A DNA stretch of 64,000 nt from Bryobacterales bacterium. Its GTDB lineage: Bacteria > Acidobacteriota > Terriglobia > Bryobacterales > UBA6623. Positions 7,804 through 17,944 of this stretch are shown here, piece by piece. A model generated the notes under the pieces. The model saw nothing but the letters and a program-made list of their open reading frames with translations. It was not told the origin of the DNA and did no database searches. Every line of letters begins with the position of its first letter. Position 1 is the stretch's first letter. The position numbers and the translations under genes were made by a program. The stretch is from NCBI GenBank assembly GCA_028819235.1, contig JAPPMC010000173.1:4165-68164 (forward strand), written 5' to 3'.

Positions 7804-10398
7804 CTATTGCGTATCGGGCCTGTCGCCGCGAAGCTTGGCGATCGTGGCCAACGACTGCACGACCTCCGGGTCACCGGAGCGGATCGCTGCCGCCCGCTTG
7901 AGCTCGGACTCCGCGCTGTCCAGGTCCCCGGAACGGGCATAGATCAGCCCGAGATTCTTGTGCAGCAGGAACTCGGTCCGGCAGCCCTTGCAGATCTCGA
8001 TGGCCTCCTTGAGCTGCTCGATGGCCTTGGCCGTCTCGCCGGCCCGCAGGGCGGCCAGCGCGAAGTTCCCGAGCGTGTCTGCCCGGTCGGTCGCGCGCCG
8101 CTGCGACTGGGACTGCTGGAATCGCCCGAGGTAAGTCTGGGCGGCCTGCGGGTCTTCTTGGCGCAATTCCCTGGAGAGGTTGTAGAGGGCTTCCCGATGA
8201 TTGGGATCCAGCTCGACGGCACGCTTCCAGCGACCGATTGCGGAGGAACGGTCCCCAAGATCCATTTCGACCTGCCCAAGTTCGTAGTGCCCGCGGGCAT
8301 CGTCGGGCTTGAGATCTACGTAGCGCCGCCAGACGCCTGCCGCTTCTCCCGGGTTGTCCACGCGCTGCTCGGCCAGCGCCAAGAAGTAGAGGGCCTCCGC
8401 GTTCCCGCCGTCGAGCCGCACCGCCTCCCTCAGGTCCAGGCGCGCTTCGTCGGCGCGTCCCAACTGGAAGAGCATGCGGCCCCGGTTGAAGCGCGTCGCG
8501 GGACTTTCCGGGGACAGCTTGACTGCCCCGTTGAACTCCGAGAGCGCCTCGTCCGTCCGGTGGGCATCGGCAAGGGCGATTCCCAGATTGAGCCGGGCCT
8601 CGGCGGAGTCGGGATCCATGGCGACGACCCGGGCCAAGGTCGATGCCGATTCGTCGGCCCGGCCGCTGCGCGCTTGGATCATGCCGAGGGCTGTCAGTGC
8701 TTTGCCGCTGTTGGGGTCAAGGCGTACTGCCTTGCGGACTTCGGCCTCGGCATCCTCGTACCGCTCCTGACCGGCCATCAGCAGGCCTAGATTCACTCGC
8801 GCCTGCGCGTAGTCAGAGTCATCCTCGGCAGCCCTCCGGAACTGGCGCTCGGCCTCCTCGTTACGCCCTTGGCGACCGTACAGCACTCCGAGGTTGTTGT
8901 GGGCCTCTGCGTATTGCGGGTCAATGCGCACGGCCTCGCGAAGGGCCTGTTCGGCTTGGGGGAACCAAGCGATTCCCAGGTACAGCACGCCGAGGTCGTT
9001 GTGGGCCCTCGCCATGTCGGGATCGAGCTCCAATGCCTTCTTGAGGGCATTGAGCTGGTCGCCCTTGTTCCCCAGCGCCGAGTGCGCCAGCGAGATGTCG
9101 TAGTGGTAACGCGCATCCGCCGGGCTGAGCCGGATCGCCTCGCTGTACTCCGAGACAGCCTTGGCGGGATCGCCGGCCTCCAGGGCCGCGTTTCCTCGGG
9201 CGGCGGCGCTCTCGGCTTGGCTGTTCTTCAGGTCTTCCTGTTTTCGGTCCTGAAACGCCCGAAGTTCATCGCGGGCCTCCGTCTCGGCGCTGAGCGCCCG
9301 CAAGACCCGTCCGAGCTGGAAGCGGATGTCCGCCGACTCCGGGTCCAGTTCCCTGGCCTGCTCGAGTTCGATCCTGGCCTGCTGCCAATCTTGCAGCCGA
9401 GCAAGGACGAAGCCGAGGTTGTAGCGGGTGTCTGAATGCGCCGGCCGCAGTTCGGCGGCCCGCCGCAGGCTTTCCGCAGCTTCCGCGTACTCGCCGATGC
9501 CCCGCAGCGCGACACCCCGAAGGTGGCGAAGCTCGAACTCGTCCACGGATGGCGGTCGCAACGACAGGTACCGGTCTACCAGTTCGAGAACCTCCCCGTG
9601 CTGGTGCATGTTCGCCAGCGCTTTCGCGGCGGCCATCCTGACGGTGTGGTTGTCCGGGTCGAGCTCGAGGACCCTTCGGTAGTGATCCGCTGCTGCAGGG
9701 AAGTTCTCTGTGCGGGTGTGAGCCGTCGCGAGGTTGAAGTGTGCACTCGGAAGCTCCGGGTGCGCCGAAGCTACTTCAGAGAGGACATCGATCGCTTCGG
9801 CGAACTTGCCCTCGGCGGCGAGAGCCGCGCCCATCATCATCGGGATCTCCGAGCTCTCGGAGTCGATCCCGCGCGCCCGCTCGAGGTAGTCCAGTGCTGC
9901 GGAGGGCCGTCCTTGATGCATGCGGACGCGAGCCATCCCGAACAGTGCTTGGGCGGAACCCGAACGAATGCTCAGAGCCTTGTCGATAACCGCTTCCGCG
10001 GCCGTGGCGTCCTCAGCTTCGAGCAGGGCGAATCCCCACGCCAGATGGGCGTCGAATGATTCGGGGCGCAGCCTGGCGGCCTCACCTAGATGCTTTGACG
10101 CCTCGTGGGACTCTCCGGCCTTGGCAAGCAGCAGGCCCAGATTGAAGCGGGGCTCCCAGTAGTCGGGATCCATGCCGATGGACTCTTGGAATGCGCGCTC
10201 CGCACACGCCCCCTGCCCCTGCTGGGCGTACCAGCCTCCCAGCGCGTTGTAGACCTGCGCTGAAGCATCGGTGGCAAGTGCGCTCTGGAGTTCCGGTGGA
10301 GGCGTGCACTCGGGCTGTGCCAGCAATGGAGCCGAAATGGCCAGCAGCGATCCGGCAACGACGACAGCCGGGCAACATTCACGACGGGGGCCGAACAT
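7804..10398 (-). CDS. secreted tetratricopeptide-repeat (TPR) protein
   Basis: 864 aa with an N-terminal signal-like segment (AVVVAGSLLAISAPLLAQ), followed by more than 20 tandem TPR-like units (repeating A..Y..A/L..P....A..NLG pattern). Confidence 0.85.
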   Translation of the reverse strand: MFGPRRECCPAVVVAGSLLAISAPLLAQPECTPPPELQSALATDASAQVYNALGGWYAQQGQGACAERAFQESIGMDPDYWEPRFNLGLLLAKAGESHEASKHLGEAARLRPESFDAHLAWGFALLEAEDATAAEAVIDKALSIRSGSAQALFGMARVRMHQGRPSAALDYLERARGIDSESSEIPMMMGAALAAEGKFAEAIDVLSEVASAHPELPSAHFNLATAHTRTENFPAAADHYRRVLELDPDNHTVRMAAAKALANMHQHGEVLELVDRYLSLRPPSVDEFELRHLRGVALRGIGEYAEAAESLRRAAELRPAHSDTRYNLGFVLARLQDWQQARIELEQARELDPESADIRFQLGRVLRALSAETEARDELRAFQDRKQEDLKNSQAESAAARGNAALEAGDPAKAVSEYSEAIRLSPADARYHYDISLAHSALGNKGDQLNALKKALELDPDMARAHNDLGVLYLGIAWFPQAEQALREAVRIDPQYAEAHNNLGVLYGRQGRNEEAERQFRRAAEDDSDYAQARVNLGLLMAGQERYEDAEAEVRKAVRLDPNSGKALTALGMIQARSGRADESASTLARVVAMDPDSAEARLNLGIALADAHRTDEALSEFNGAVKLSPESPATRFNRGRMLFQLGRADEARLDLREAVRLDGGNAEALYFLALAEQRVDNPGEAAGVWRRYVDLKPDDARGHYELGQVEMDLGDRSSAIGRWKRAVELDPNHREALYNLSRELRQEDPQAAQTYLGRFQQSQSQRRATDRADTLGNFALAALRAGETAKAIEQLKEAIEICKGCRTEFLLHKNLGLIYARSGDLDSAESELKRAAAIRSGDPEVVQSLATIAKLRGDRPDTQ

Positions 10399-10763
10399 CG
10401 CTACTTGAAGATTCTACGTGGCTGCAACACGCACGTGTGCCGACCAGCGGGCCGGATTGGATGCTAGCGCGGGAACGGCACTCCGACCAGGCTCGTTCCG
10501 AACCGCCGACATCAGAACGTCGGATTCAGGCCCACGTGGATCTGGTTATCCCTCATCACGTGCTCCTTGGGGTGGTCAGCGGTGCGCGACTAATCCTGCA
10601 GGATAGACCAAGCATGCTGAGAGCGCGTCGGCTACGCCTGTCGCACCGTTCCCTTGGCGAGGGTTCGGCGCGCCGAGCCGGATCGCACGGCCGACGGCCT
10701 TTTCTCACGATCTGGGAGTGTACCTCCCGGCTCTTCTTCCGACTTGACTTGAATTCGTCTCCC

Positions 10764-12323
10764 TCAGGCCGTCTCGACTTCAAACCGCGTCACGTTGCGG
10801 GTCTCGGGGCTGAATTCGATCGCTACCAAGTGGATCGGCTCTCCCAGGCCCCGGTACCTGTCCGCGTAACGACGCGCCTTCAGCTGTGCCATGGCGGCCG
10901 TCGTCCCTCCTCGGCCCTGCATCTTGAACTCGAACACGTAGACGCGCCCAAACGCCCGCACGCATAGGTCCGCCCTACCAATGCTGCCGCTCTCTTCTGC
11001 TCGCACCTCGGCGCCTGTCGCAGAGAAGTGAGCGTACAGCACGCTCGCGTAGAAGCCCTCATATTCCGCCATCGGATTCCGCCCGTGCCACTGGTGAGGT
11101 ATTCCGGCCAGCAGCGAGTGCACCAATTCCTTCAGATTCGTAAGATCGCCCGATCGCAACGTGTGGACCAAGCGCCTCTTCTCCTGCTCGCGTTGCCACC
11201 CTGTGCCGAGCAGGTCGTCCAACAGCGACTGATTCAGGCTCTGCCTTACCTCCCGGTTCGGATATCCCAAGCGGTAGCTGACGCCGTCCTCGAGAGCTTC
11301 CCTCTCGAGGACGGTCAGGTAGCCGGTCTGGAACAAGAGCGCCTCCGGTGCAATCCTGCCTACGTCGAAAGTCGAGAGGAGACGATCAGAAGCCCACATC
11401 CCGTCAAGCCGATGCCAAGGAATCCCAGTCTCGGCGAGCTGCCTGATCAGGAACGTCGGTGTGCCCGTCTCGTACCACCAATGCTTGAACTCGCGCATCC
11501 GGAACAGTAGCAAGACATCGAACGGGTTGTAGACTGTCTCCGCGCCACCCCAGCTGTAGCCGTTGTACCAGTCCCGGATCCTCTCCCTGTCGAGCCCCGC
11601 GAGTTCGGCGGCGAATACCTCGTCAAGGTCGCGCTCCGTGTAGCCGCAGATGGAAGACACTGCCGGGTCAAGCGTGATGTCGATCAGATTGTTCAGCCCG
11701 GAGAACAGGCTCACTTTTGAGAACTTGCTCACTCCGGTGAGGAAGCAGAACCGCACGTGGGCATCGCAATCCTTGATCACCGAGTAGATGCTGCGGAGAT
11801 AATCGCGGTTGGCCATCGCGATCCGCGGGTCGTGGAGCGTATCCAAGATGGGCTTGTCGTACTCGTCTACCAGCACTACCACCCGGTGCCTGCTCTGAAG
11901 ATGCAGCCTCTCCAATAAGTCCGCGAGGCGCTGTGGCCCTGTGTCGTACCCAGAAGTGACGCCACTCCGGCGCTCGACGCCGTCGAGTTGCGCCATAAGG
12001 TCAACTTGCAACTGGTCCGGCTGAATGTAGTTGCCCCTGCCGAATGACAGGCGCACAACGGGATGACGCACGGACCAGTCCCATCGATCGTAGGCTTCCA
12101 GCCCTTGGAAGAGTTCGCGGCTACCCTCAAAGAGATCCTTGAGAGTGTTCAAGAAGAGGCTCTTCCCAAACCGCCTTGGCCGCGAGAGGAAGTAGTGCTT
12201 GCCGGCTGAGACCAATCGCAGAGCAAATCCGGTCTTGTCCACATACAGGTAGCCTTCGTTCCGAATCTCGCGGAACGTCTGGATGCCGATTGGCAGGCGA
12301 CGCTCGGCTGGTTGGAAGCCCAT
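10764..12323 (-). CDS. AAA-ATPase-like domain protein with C-terminal PD-(D/E)XK nuclease-like domain (DUF1703-type)
   Basis: The N-terminus LPIGIQTFREIRNEGYLYVDKTGF...YFLSRPRRFGKSLFLNTLKDLF is the characteristic opening of the predicted AAA-ATPase family. The C-terminal part (...GRADLCVRAFGRVYVFEFK...) fits a PD-(D/E)XK core. Confidence 0.8.
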   Translation of the reverse strand: MGFQPAERRLPIGIQTFREIRNEGYLYVDKTGFALRLVSAGKHYFLSRPRRFGKSLFLNTLKDLFEGSRELFQGLEAYDRWDWSVRHPVVRLSFGRGNYIQPDQLQVDLMAQLDGVERRSGVTSGYDTGPQRLADLLERLHLQSRHRVVVLVDEYDKPILDTLHDPRIAMANRDYLRSIYSVIKDCDAHVRFCFLTGVSKFSKVSLFSGLNNLIDITLDPAVSSICGYTERDLDEVFAAELAGLDRERIRDWYNGYSWGGAETVYNPFDVLLLFRMREFKHWWYETGTPTFLIRQLAETGIPWHRLDGMWASDRLLSTFDVGRIAPEALLFQTGYLTVLEREALEDGVSYRLGYPNREVRQSLNQSLLDDLLGTGWQREQEKRRLVHTLRSGDLTNLKELVHSLLAGIPHQWHGRNPMAEYEGFYASVLYAHFSATGAEVRAEESGSIGRADLCVRAFGRVYVFEFKMQGRGGTTAAMAQLKARRYADRYRGLGEPIHLVAIEFSPETRNVTRFEVETA

Positions 12324-12836
12324 CCTCGATGCCTAGCGGACTCTGATTGTATTGCAGCCGTTCCGTGCCGGGGCAGGGTAGTCCCGTGCTGACCCCGAGT
12401 GCGTCCCGGTTGAATCCACGGCTTAGAAGTCCGCCGACCTGGCGTTTGGTGATTGCGTCGAGAGGCGAGTCGTGGTTCCCGTCGCTCCCCCAAGGCTGCC
12501 ATGACAGTTGTCGGCCTTCTTTCACACGTGGGACCAGTGGCCGTCTCTCATGGTCTCGACTCGTGGACCTTGCGACTTCACGAGTAACGAGTGAGGAGAT
12601 GGCTCACAACAGGTCGATCTGCTTTCCCCAACCTCGGTGCCGGCTGGGAAGGGTCAGCGCATTCCGTCCCGGGATGGAACCTCGGCCCAAATCCCGTACC
12701 GAGGCCCGGCCGTTCGAGGCCGCCGAGGCGGCCCCGCCGTCCGCCGCCGGGTGCGAACGAAGGTTCAGCCCTCACAGAGACCGCGCCAGCAGCCGCCGGG
12801 AAACCTTTGGGTGGGCTAACTTGTCCTACACACGCC

Positions 12837-13415
12837 ATGACCAGACGAATAACCCGCCCAGCCCGGCCGCCGTCCATGCACTACGCCCCGCACGGCGTCC
12901 GCGAGACATTCCAGCACTACGTTGGCGACCTGATCTACGGCACAAACGACGGGATCCTGACCACGTTTGCCATCGTTGCCGGCGTTGCCGGAGGCGATCT
13001 CTCCGCCAATGCCGTGATCATTGTCGGGATTGCGAACCTCTTCGCAGACGGGCTGTCGATGGGGGTCGGGAACTACCTCAGCATCCGCGCCCACGAGAGC
13101 GCATTGGAGCTTCAAGGCTTGGCTGAGCAGGAGGCCTCGCCGGCCCGCCACGGCTTGGCGACGTTTCTGGCCTTTGCGATCGCCGGTGCCATACCGCTGT
13201 TGCCATACCTGATCCCCGGGCTTGAGCAGCCATTCATAGCGTCCATGGTGGCGGCTTTGGTTGCCCAGTTCAGCGTGGGGGCCCTCCGATCGCTGGTAAC
13301 GGCCTCCCGCTGGTGGATCAGTGGCCTTGAGATGCTACTGCTCGGGGCTGCCGTCGCGGCGGTGGCATATGGGACGGGAGCTGCCATTGCCGCCGCGCTC
13401 GCGTCCGGGGCGTGA
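12837..13415 (+). CDS. VIT1/CCC1-family iron/manganese transporter
   Basis: DLIYGTNDGILTTFAIVAGVAGG...IANLFADGLSMGVGNYLS plus C-terminal TM helices are typical of the VIT family. Start set at the ATG at 12837; the ATG at 12876 is an alternative. The 5' part of the ORF from 12591 is Pro/Arg-rich and unlikely to be coding. Confidence 0.8.
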   Translation: MTRRITRPARPPSMHYAPHGVRETFQHYVGDLIYGTNDGILTTFAIVAGVAGGDLSANAVIIVGIANLFADGLSMGVGNYLSIRAHESALELQGLAEQEASPARHGLATFLAFAIAGAIPLLPYLIPGLEQPFIASMVAALVAQFSVGALRSLVTASRWWISGLEMLLLGAAVAAVAYGTGAAIAAALASGA

Positions 13416-13494
13416 TGGAGTCCTGCACTGGCCTTCCCCGCCCGTCCCCGCTCTTCGGGAGAGCAATCGCTCGGCGGCGAGTGTGGCCTGCGCG

Positions 13495-13899
13495 CTAGGT
13501 CAAGTTGAGCTGCCAGCTCACCCCGTACCGGTCCTGCAACCAGCCGAAGCGTGTACTGAACCCATAATTGTCGAGCGGCATCAATGCCATTCCCCCATCC
13601 GAGAGCGCGTCAAAGGCAGCCTGAAGTTCCGCGTCGGACTCGCACTCCACAAACATGGAGATCGACGGTGTGAAATTGAAGTTGTGGTCGACTGCGCTGT
13701 CCGACGCCATGAATTGCACGCCGTTGATCGAGAACCGCGCAACCTTGACGAAGCCCGGTGTTCCGGGCTCGCCCGGTCCCCAGCGGTCGACGCTGAGGAT
13801 CGCCGAGTTTGCGAACACTGAAGTGTACAGCTTCATGGCGTCCTCGGCCTTGCCGTGCTGCTCTCCGTGGAACATCAGAAAGGTGGAAATGCTGATCAC
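13495..13899 (-). CDS. VOC/glyoxalase-superfamily protein (PhnB / 3-demethylubiquinone-9 methyltransferase-domain type)
   Basis: 134 aa. ISTFLMFHG...AEDAMKLYTSVF...VQFMASDS...GWLQDRYGVSWQLN matches the PhnB-like pattern. Confidence 0.7.
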   Translation of the reverse strand: MISISTFLMFHGEQHGKAEDAMKLYTSVFANSAILSVDRWGPGEPGTPGFVKVARFSINGVQFMASDSAVDHNFNFTPSISMFVECESDAELQAAFDALSDGGMALMPLDNYGFSTRFGWLQDRYGVSWQLNLT

Positions 13900-14091
13900 A
13901 GTTTTCCTCTTATACCAGTCGGCCGCGAGTCCATCGCTTTCTGTGCCAAGGACCCATGGCCTCTGCCGTACCTAGGACAGATCGCCACAGGGTGTGGCGA
14001 CCAAGGACTGTCACATTCTCGAGTGACCGTCCCTGACCCGTGTCCGAGTCGCGTCGGCCCCTGTCCTGCGGCCGTGCTACCGTGGCCCGGC

Positions 14092-14538
14092 ATGCCGAGG
14101 ACATTGAGCCTGCGCTGCCGGAAGGTGCTCAGCCACGCGGTCCTGCCGGATTGCCCGCATGGGCCGGGCGAGGACGCCGGCATGGATCTATATGCTGCCG
14201 AGGACATCCGCCTGCAGCCCGGCCTATGGAAGGCCGTTCGCACGGGCATAGCCATCCAGCTTCCGTCTGGCTACGAGGGGCAGATCCGGCCCCGTAGCGG
14301 CCTGGCGAGCAAGCATGGGGTGACGCTGTTGAACGCCCCAGGCACGATAGACCCCGGTTATCGAGGTGAGATCCGCGTGCTGCTCGTCAATCTGGGGCCG
14401 CTGCCATACCAGGTATCCGCCGGAGACCGCATTGCTCAGTTGGTTGTCGCGCAGTATGCCAGCGTCCGGTGGCTGGAGGTCGAGTCGTTGGACGCCTCAA
14501 GCCGCGATGCTGGTGGTTTCGGTTCTACCGGCCGCTGA
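14092..14538 (+). CDS. dut: dUTP diphosphatase
   Basis: AGMDLYA, RPRSGLASKHGV, APGTIDPGYRGEI and GDRIAQLV are the canonical dUTPase motifs. The ATG at 14092 gives a typical length of about 148 aa. Confidence 0.9.
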   Translation: MPRTLSLRCRKVLSHAVLPDCPHGPGEDAGMDLYAAEDIRLQPGLWKAVRTGIAIQLPSGYEGQIRPRSGLASKHGVTLLNAPGTIDPGYRGEIRVLLVNLGPLPYQVSAGDRIAQLVVAQYASVRWLEVESLDASSRDAGGFGSTGR

Positions 14539-14558
14539 AATCGCTCTCCCCGAGCTTC

Positions 14559-17039
14559 CTACTGCCGATATAGGAATTCGTTGAGGTTGAACAGAGTCTG
14601 GCAAAGGTCGACCAAACCGGTCTGCGTGGTTCCTACGAACTCCAGCGCTCGTGCCATCTCGGTCTCGCCCGGCGGGCGCGACAGCGCAAGCTCAAAGGCG
14701 TGCCTGACCTGCGACCGGGAATCATGCCCCGCCTCCAGGACCACTCGCTGCGCAAAGTGCTTCGCCTGCAGCAGCACCTCTGCGTTGTTCATCAGCAGCA
14801 GCGCTTGGGGGGCGACGGTGGAGCGTGTCCGCTCGCTGCACGAGCTGACCATGTCCGGCTGGTCGAACGCCTCGAACATGGGATATCGGATGGACCGCTT
14901 CGAGAACACGTAGACGCTACGCCGCCAGCTGCGTGGATCCCCGATCGAGAGCCCAGGCCAAGTCCTGTCCGTGCTGGACTGGAACAGCGACGGATTGATG
15001 AACGGCCGCACAGCGGGACCGCCCAGCTTGAGATCCAAGGTGCCCGCCGTGGCCAGGATCTGGTCGCGGATGACCTCCGCCTCGTGGCGGTTACGGCTCT
15101 GACGCCAGAAATGGGAGTTGTCGGGATCCTTCTGCATATTGGCAGGCAAGTCCCGGCTTGATGCGCGGTAGGCAGTTGAGGTCAGCATCAGCCGGTGCAT
15201 GTGCTTGACCGACCACCCCCTCTCGATGAACTCGAGAGCCAGCCAGTCAAGCAGCTCAGGGTGGCTCGGCAGGCTTCCGGTCGTGCCGAAGTTGCTGGAC
15301 GTGCGCACGATGCCCTCGCCAAAATGATGCTGCCAAATGCGGTTGACCATGACCCTGGCCGTGAGCGGGTTGTCGGGAGATGCGATCCACTCCGCGAAGT
15401 GTCTCCGCCGCCAGCTTGTCGTGACTTCCTGCGGCGGTTCCGGGAACTTCGGCTCCACTCGGGCCGCAACCGTCAACACGCCTGGCTGCATCAGCGAACC
15501 CTTCGAGCCCGGGTCGCCACGGTGCAGGAAATACGACGGTAAGGCGTTGCGGCCTTCCTCTGTCACCGTTCGCGCGGTCGGGTACGGGGCGGGGCGGTCG
15601 GCGTGAAGCTCCTTGACTTTCATCTCGGTCGCTTGATGCTCTGCCCTGTCGGCGTCGCCCATCCGGTCCAAGATGTCGCTGATGCTGATCTGGCTGAGGA
15701 GGGCCTCCACCTGGCGCGCGTTAAGGCGCTGCCCCTTGTCGCGTTCCTCGGGCGGTGTCTCCCAAGCCTCTCGGTAGTACGGCGGCAGCTCGTCAAGCCG
15801 AGCTTCGAACAGCGCCTTGCGATGGGGCTCCTCAAGCTCTTCCATGCGATCCCTAAGAGGCTTCTGCTGGCTCCCGATCTCTTGGTTTCGGAGCTTGTGC
15901 TCGCGCACGACCTCCGGCCCGACCAGCGGGTAGTCGGTTTCCTTGGTCGAGAAGAACACCGCCTGCATTCGGTAGTAGTCCTTCTGCGGGATCGGGTCGA
16001 ACTTGTGGTTGTGGCACCGCGCGCACTGCGCCGTGACCGCCAGAAACGTCTGCGCCGACGTCGCGATATTGTCGTCGAGCTCGTCCATGCGCGTGCGCTC
16101 GTCTTTGATGTTGTTGTCCAGGACCATCCGAAGGAAACCCGTCGCGATGTGCGCGTGGTCCGAGTCTGGGTAGATCTCGTCCCCGGCGAGCTGCTCCTTG
16201 ACGAAGCGGTCGTACGGCAAGTCGCTGTTGAAGGCCTCCACGACGTAGTCGCGGTAGCGCCACATCGTGGGCCAGTCGAAGTCGCGCTCGTATCCGCCGG
16301 AGTCCGCGTAGTGCACCAGATCGAGCCAGTGCCGGCCCCAGCGCTCGCCGTAGTGCGGGGACTCCAGCAATCGGTCGACAAGGGTCGGCCACGCTTCTGC
16401 CGACTCATCGGACAGGAAGGCCTGCACTTCCGCGGTCGTGGGCGGCAGGCCCGTCAGGTCCAGGTAGAGGCGACGCACCAGCGTCCTGGGTGACGCGTCC
16501 GGGCTGGCCGCGAGCCCCTCTTCGCGCAGTTTGGCGCCCAAGAACGCGTCGACCGGGTTCGCCGTCCCGTCGCCGGGAACTTGCGGACGGACAGGATTCA
16601 CGAACGCCCACCACGACCGTTCTTCCTCTGTGATCGGTCGCTCCTCCAGCCTCTGCAATGCCGCCCTGCGCTGGGCCTCTTCGTCCGAGATCGGCCCTTC
16701 GGGCATCGGTGCGCCAGCCATGATCCACTTGCGCAGGACCTCAATTTGGTCCTCGGCCAGCTTCTTGCCCGGGGGCATGTTCGGCTTCACTTCATGGTTC
16801 ACGAGCCGCCACAGCCAGCTCAGGCTGAGATTCGCGCCGACAACTGCCGGACCACGCTCGCCGCCCGTGAGGATCCGTTCCCGCGTCCGGAGGTCGAGCC
16901 CCGACTGCTGGATGGCTGCGCCATGACAGATCTGGCACTCCTGCTCCAAGAGGGCGCTGGCTTGCTCGGCCAGTTCGGAGGCGGCTCCAAGAGGGGCCAA
17001 AATCACCGCCACCGCGACCGTAGCGACATACTTCCACAT
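14559..17039 (-). CDS. PSCyt1 / DUF1549 / DUF1553 domain protein (planctomycete-type cytochrome c domain protein)
   Basis: Signal peptide; heme-binding CQICHG near the N-terminus; then DUF1549-like (RRLYLDLTGLPPT...SPHYGERWGRHWLD) and DUF1553-like (CARCHNHKFDPI...) signatures. Confidence 0.85.
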   Translation of the reverse strand: MWKYVATVAVAVILAPLGAASELAEQASALLEQECQICHGAAIQQSGLDLRTRERILTGGERGPAVVGANLSLSWLWRLVNHEVKPNMPPGKKLAEDQIEVLRKWIMAGAPMPEGPISDEEAQRRAALQRLEERPITEEERSWWAFVNPVRPQVPGDGTANPVDAFLGAKLREEGLAASPDASPRTLVRRLYLDLTGLPPTTAEVQAFLSDESAEAWPTLVDRLLESPHYGERWGRHWLDLVHYADSGGYERDFDWPTMWRYRDYVVEAFNSDLPYDRFVKEQLAGDEIYPDSDHAHIATGFLRMVLDNNIKDERTRMDELDDNIATSAQTFLAVTAQCARCHNHKFDPIPQKDYYRMQAVFFSTKETDYPLVGPEVVREHKLRNQEIGSQQKPLRDRMEELEEPHRKALFEARLDELPPYYREAWETPPEERDKGQRLNARQVEALLSQISISDILDRMGDADRAEHQATEMKVKELHADRPAPYPTARTVTEEGRNALPSYFLHRGDPGSKGSLMQPGVLTVAARVEPKFPEPPQEVTTSWRRRHFAEWIASPDNPLTARVMVNRIWQHHFGEGIVRTSSNFGTTGSLPSHPELLDWLALEFIERGWSVKHMHRLMLTSTAYRASSRDLPANMQKDPDNSHFWRQSRNRHEAEVIRDQILATAGTLDLKLGGPAVRPFINPSLFQSSTDRTWPGLSIGDPRSWRRSVYVFSKRSIRYPMFEAFDQPDMVSSCSERTRSTVAPQALLLMNNAEVLLQAKHFAQRVVLEAGHDSRSQVRHAFELALSRPPGETEMARALEFVGTTQTGLVDLCQTLFNLNEFLYRQ

Positions 17040-17107
17040 CGTTTCCTATTCTCGCCACACCATTGCCGCGTGGCAAGCGTGGATCCCCGAGACGCAACGG
17101 TCGGTAG

Positions 17108-17944
17108 TTGCGAGCGTTTCGCAACGACCCGGAACGTTCCCGCGGGGTGAAGACCGACTGACGGACGCTCATCCGCGAGATCTTCTCCGACGGCGGACAC
17201 CTGACCCAGGTGTCCAGCCTGGCGTGGATTGGCCTCAGCACTGGGGATCTGATTCAGTCGGTACGGATTCATTGGCCGCTCGGTAATCTGCGGGAGATCC
17301 GGGAGCCGCCCCAGTCCGGGCGGTTGGCCTTGGCGGAGGGAGAGACATCGCTTGGAGTCTCAGGCACATCCCCCACCACGCCGCGCGCTTCCGAAACCAA
17401 CTGGCATCCTTGGCACAGCCGCCGAGCGGGGAAGCCCCTAGCGCGGCTCTGGCCCGGGCCCAGTTTCGGTTTCCCGGCGGTCGGCACGCAGGGCGAATCG
17501 CCGCAGCTTGCGTCACTGCTGGGCCTTCAGCACATGGTCAATCTCTGGGCAACCTAGGGTCCTCCCGGCGACCGGGAGCTTACGCGATTCCAGAAATCGG
17601 CGGCTGAGTTTGGGCGCCACGGCGTCGAGACGGTCACGGTCTCCGTTGACGGGCCCAACTGTCTCGACTCGGCGCGAGGTCTGGTCGATGGCCTTGGACT
17701 GGACTTTGTGGCCGCGCCGGCGAGCCCTCCTCGAAGCGGGTGTGCCGTCCCTAACCGGAGCCCGCCAACCGATCACGGCATGCGACACAACAGGACTTCG
17801 ACAAGGATCCTGTGGCTGAAGGTGCGCCTGGTTGCGCCTGATCGCGAGTGCCCTCCTCGGAGTCACCCTCGCAACGGGCGCCGGCCAACTGGTCCGATGC
17901 TCCGCGGATTTGCCTACAATGTCGTTATCCGCCGCGTCCCTTGA
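17108..17944 (+). pseudogene. relic of an UnbV/ASPIC C-terminal domain followed by a TlpA-like thioredoxin domain (in-frame TGA and TAG, lost CxxC)
   Basis: A single reading frame is interrupted by a TGA at 17159-17161 and a TAG at 17555-17557. GGHLTQVSSLAWIGLSTGDLIQSVRIHWPLGNLREIREPPQSGRLALAEGE aligns with GSGYISQHTKRLHVGIGDHASATEVSVLWPSGRRQRFERLEAGYRYRIREGE of the intact paralog at 28199-31675. PSFGFPAVGTQGESPQLASLLGLQHMVNLWAT(stop)GPPGDRELTRF matches the TlpA pattern aPdF..G....l..GK.vlvnFWATWCxPC..E, with both Cys lost. Confidence 0.55.

Noticed and set aside
12324-12836. Possible yybP-ykoY (Mn) riboswitch in the long leader of the VIT-family transporter gene (GUGAGGAGAUGG ... CCUCACAGAGACC).
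   Set aside because: The candidate P1 strands sit in the wrong order relative to the GGAGUAG-like and GAGACC-like elements, and the GGGGAGUAG core is not matched. This needs an Infernal scan, but by eye it does not fit.
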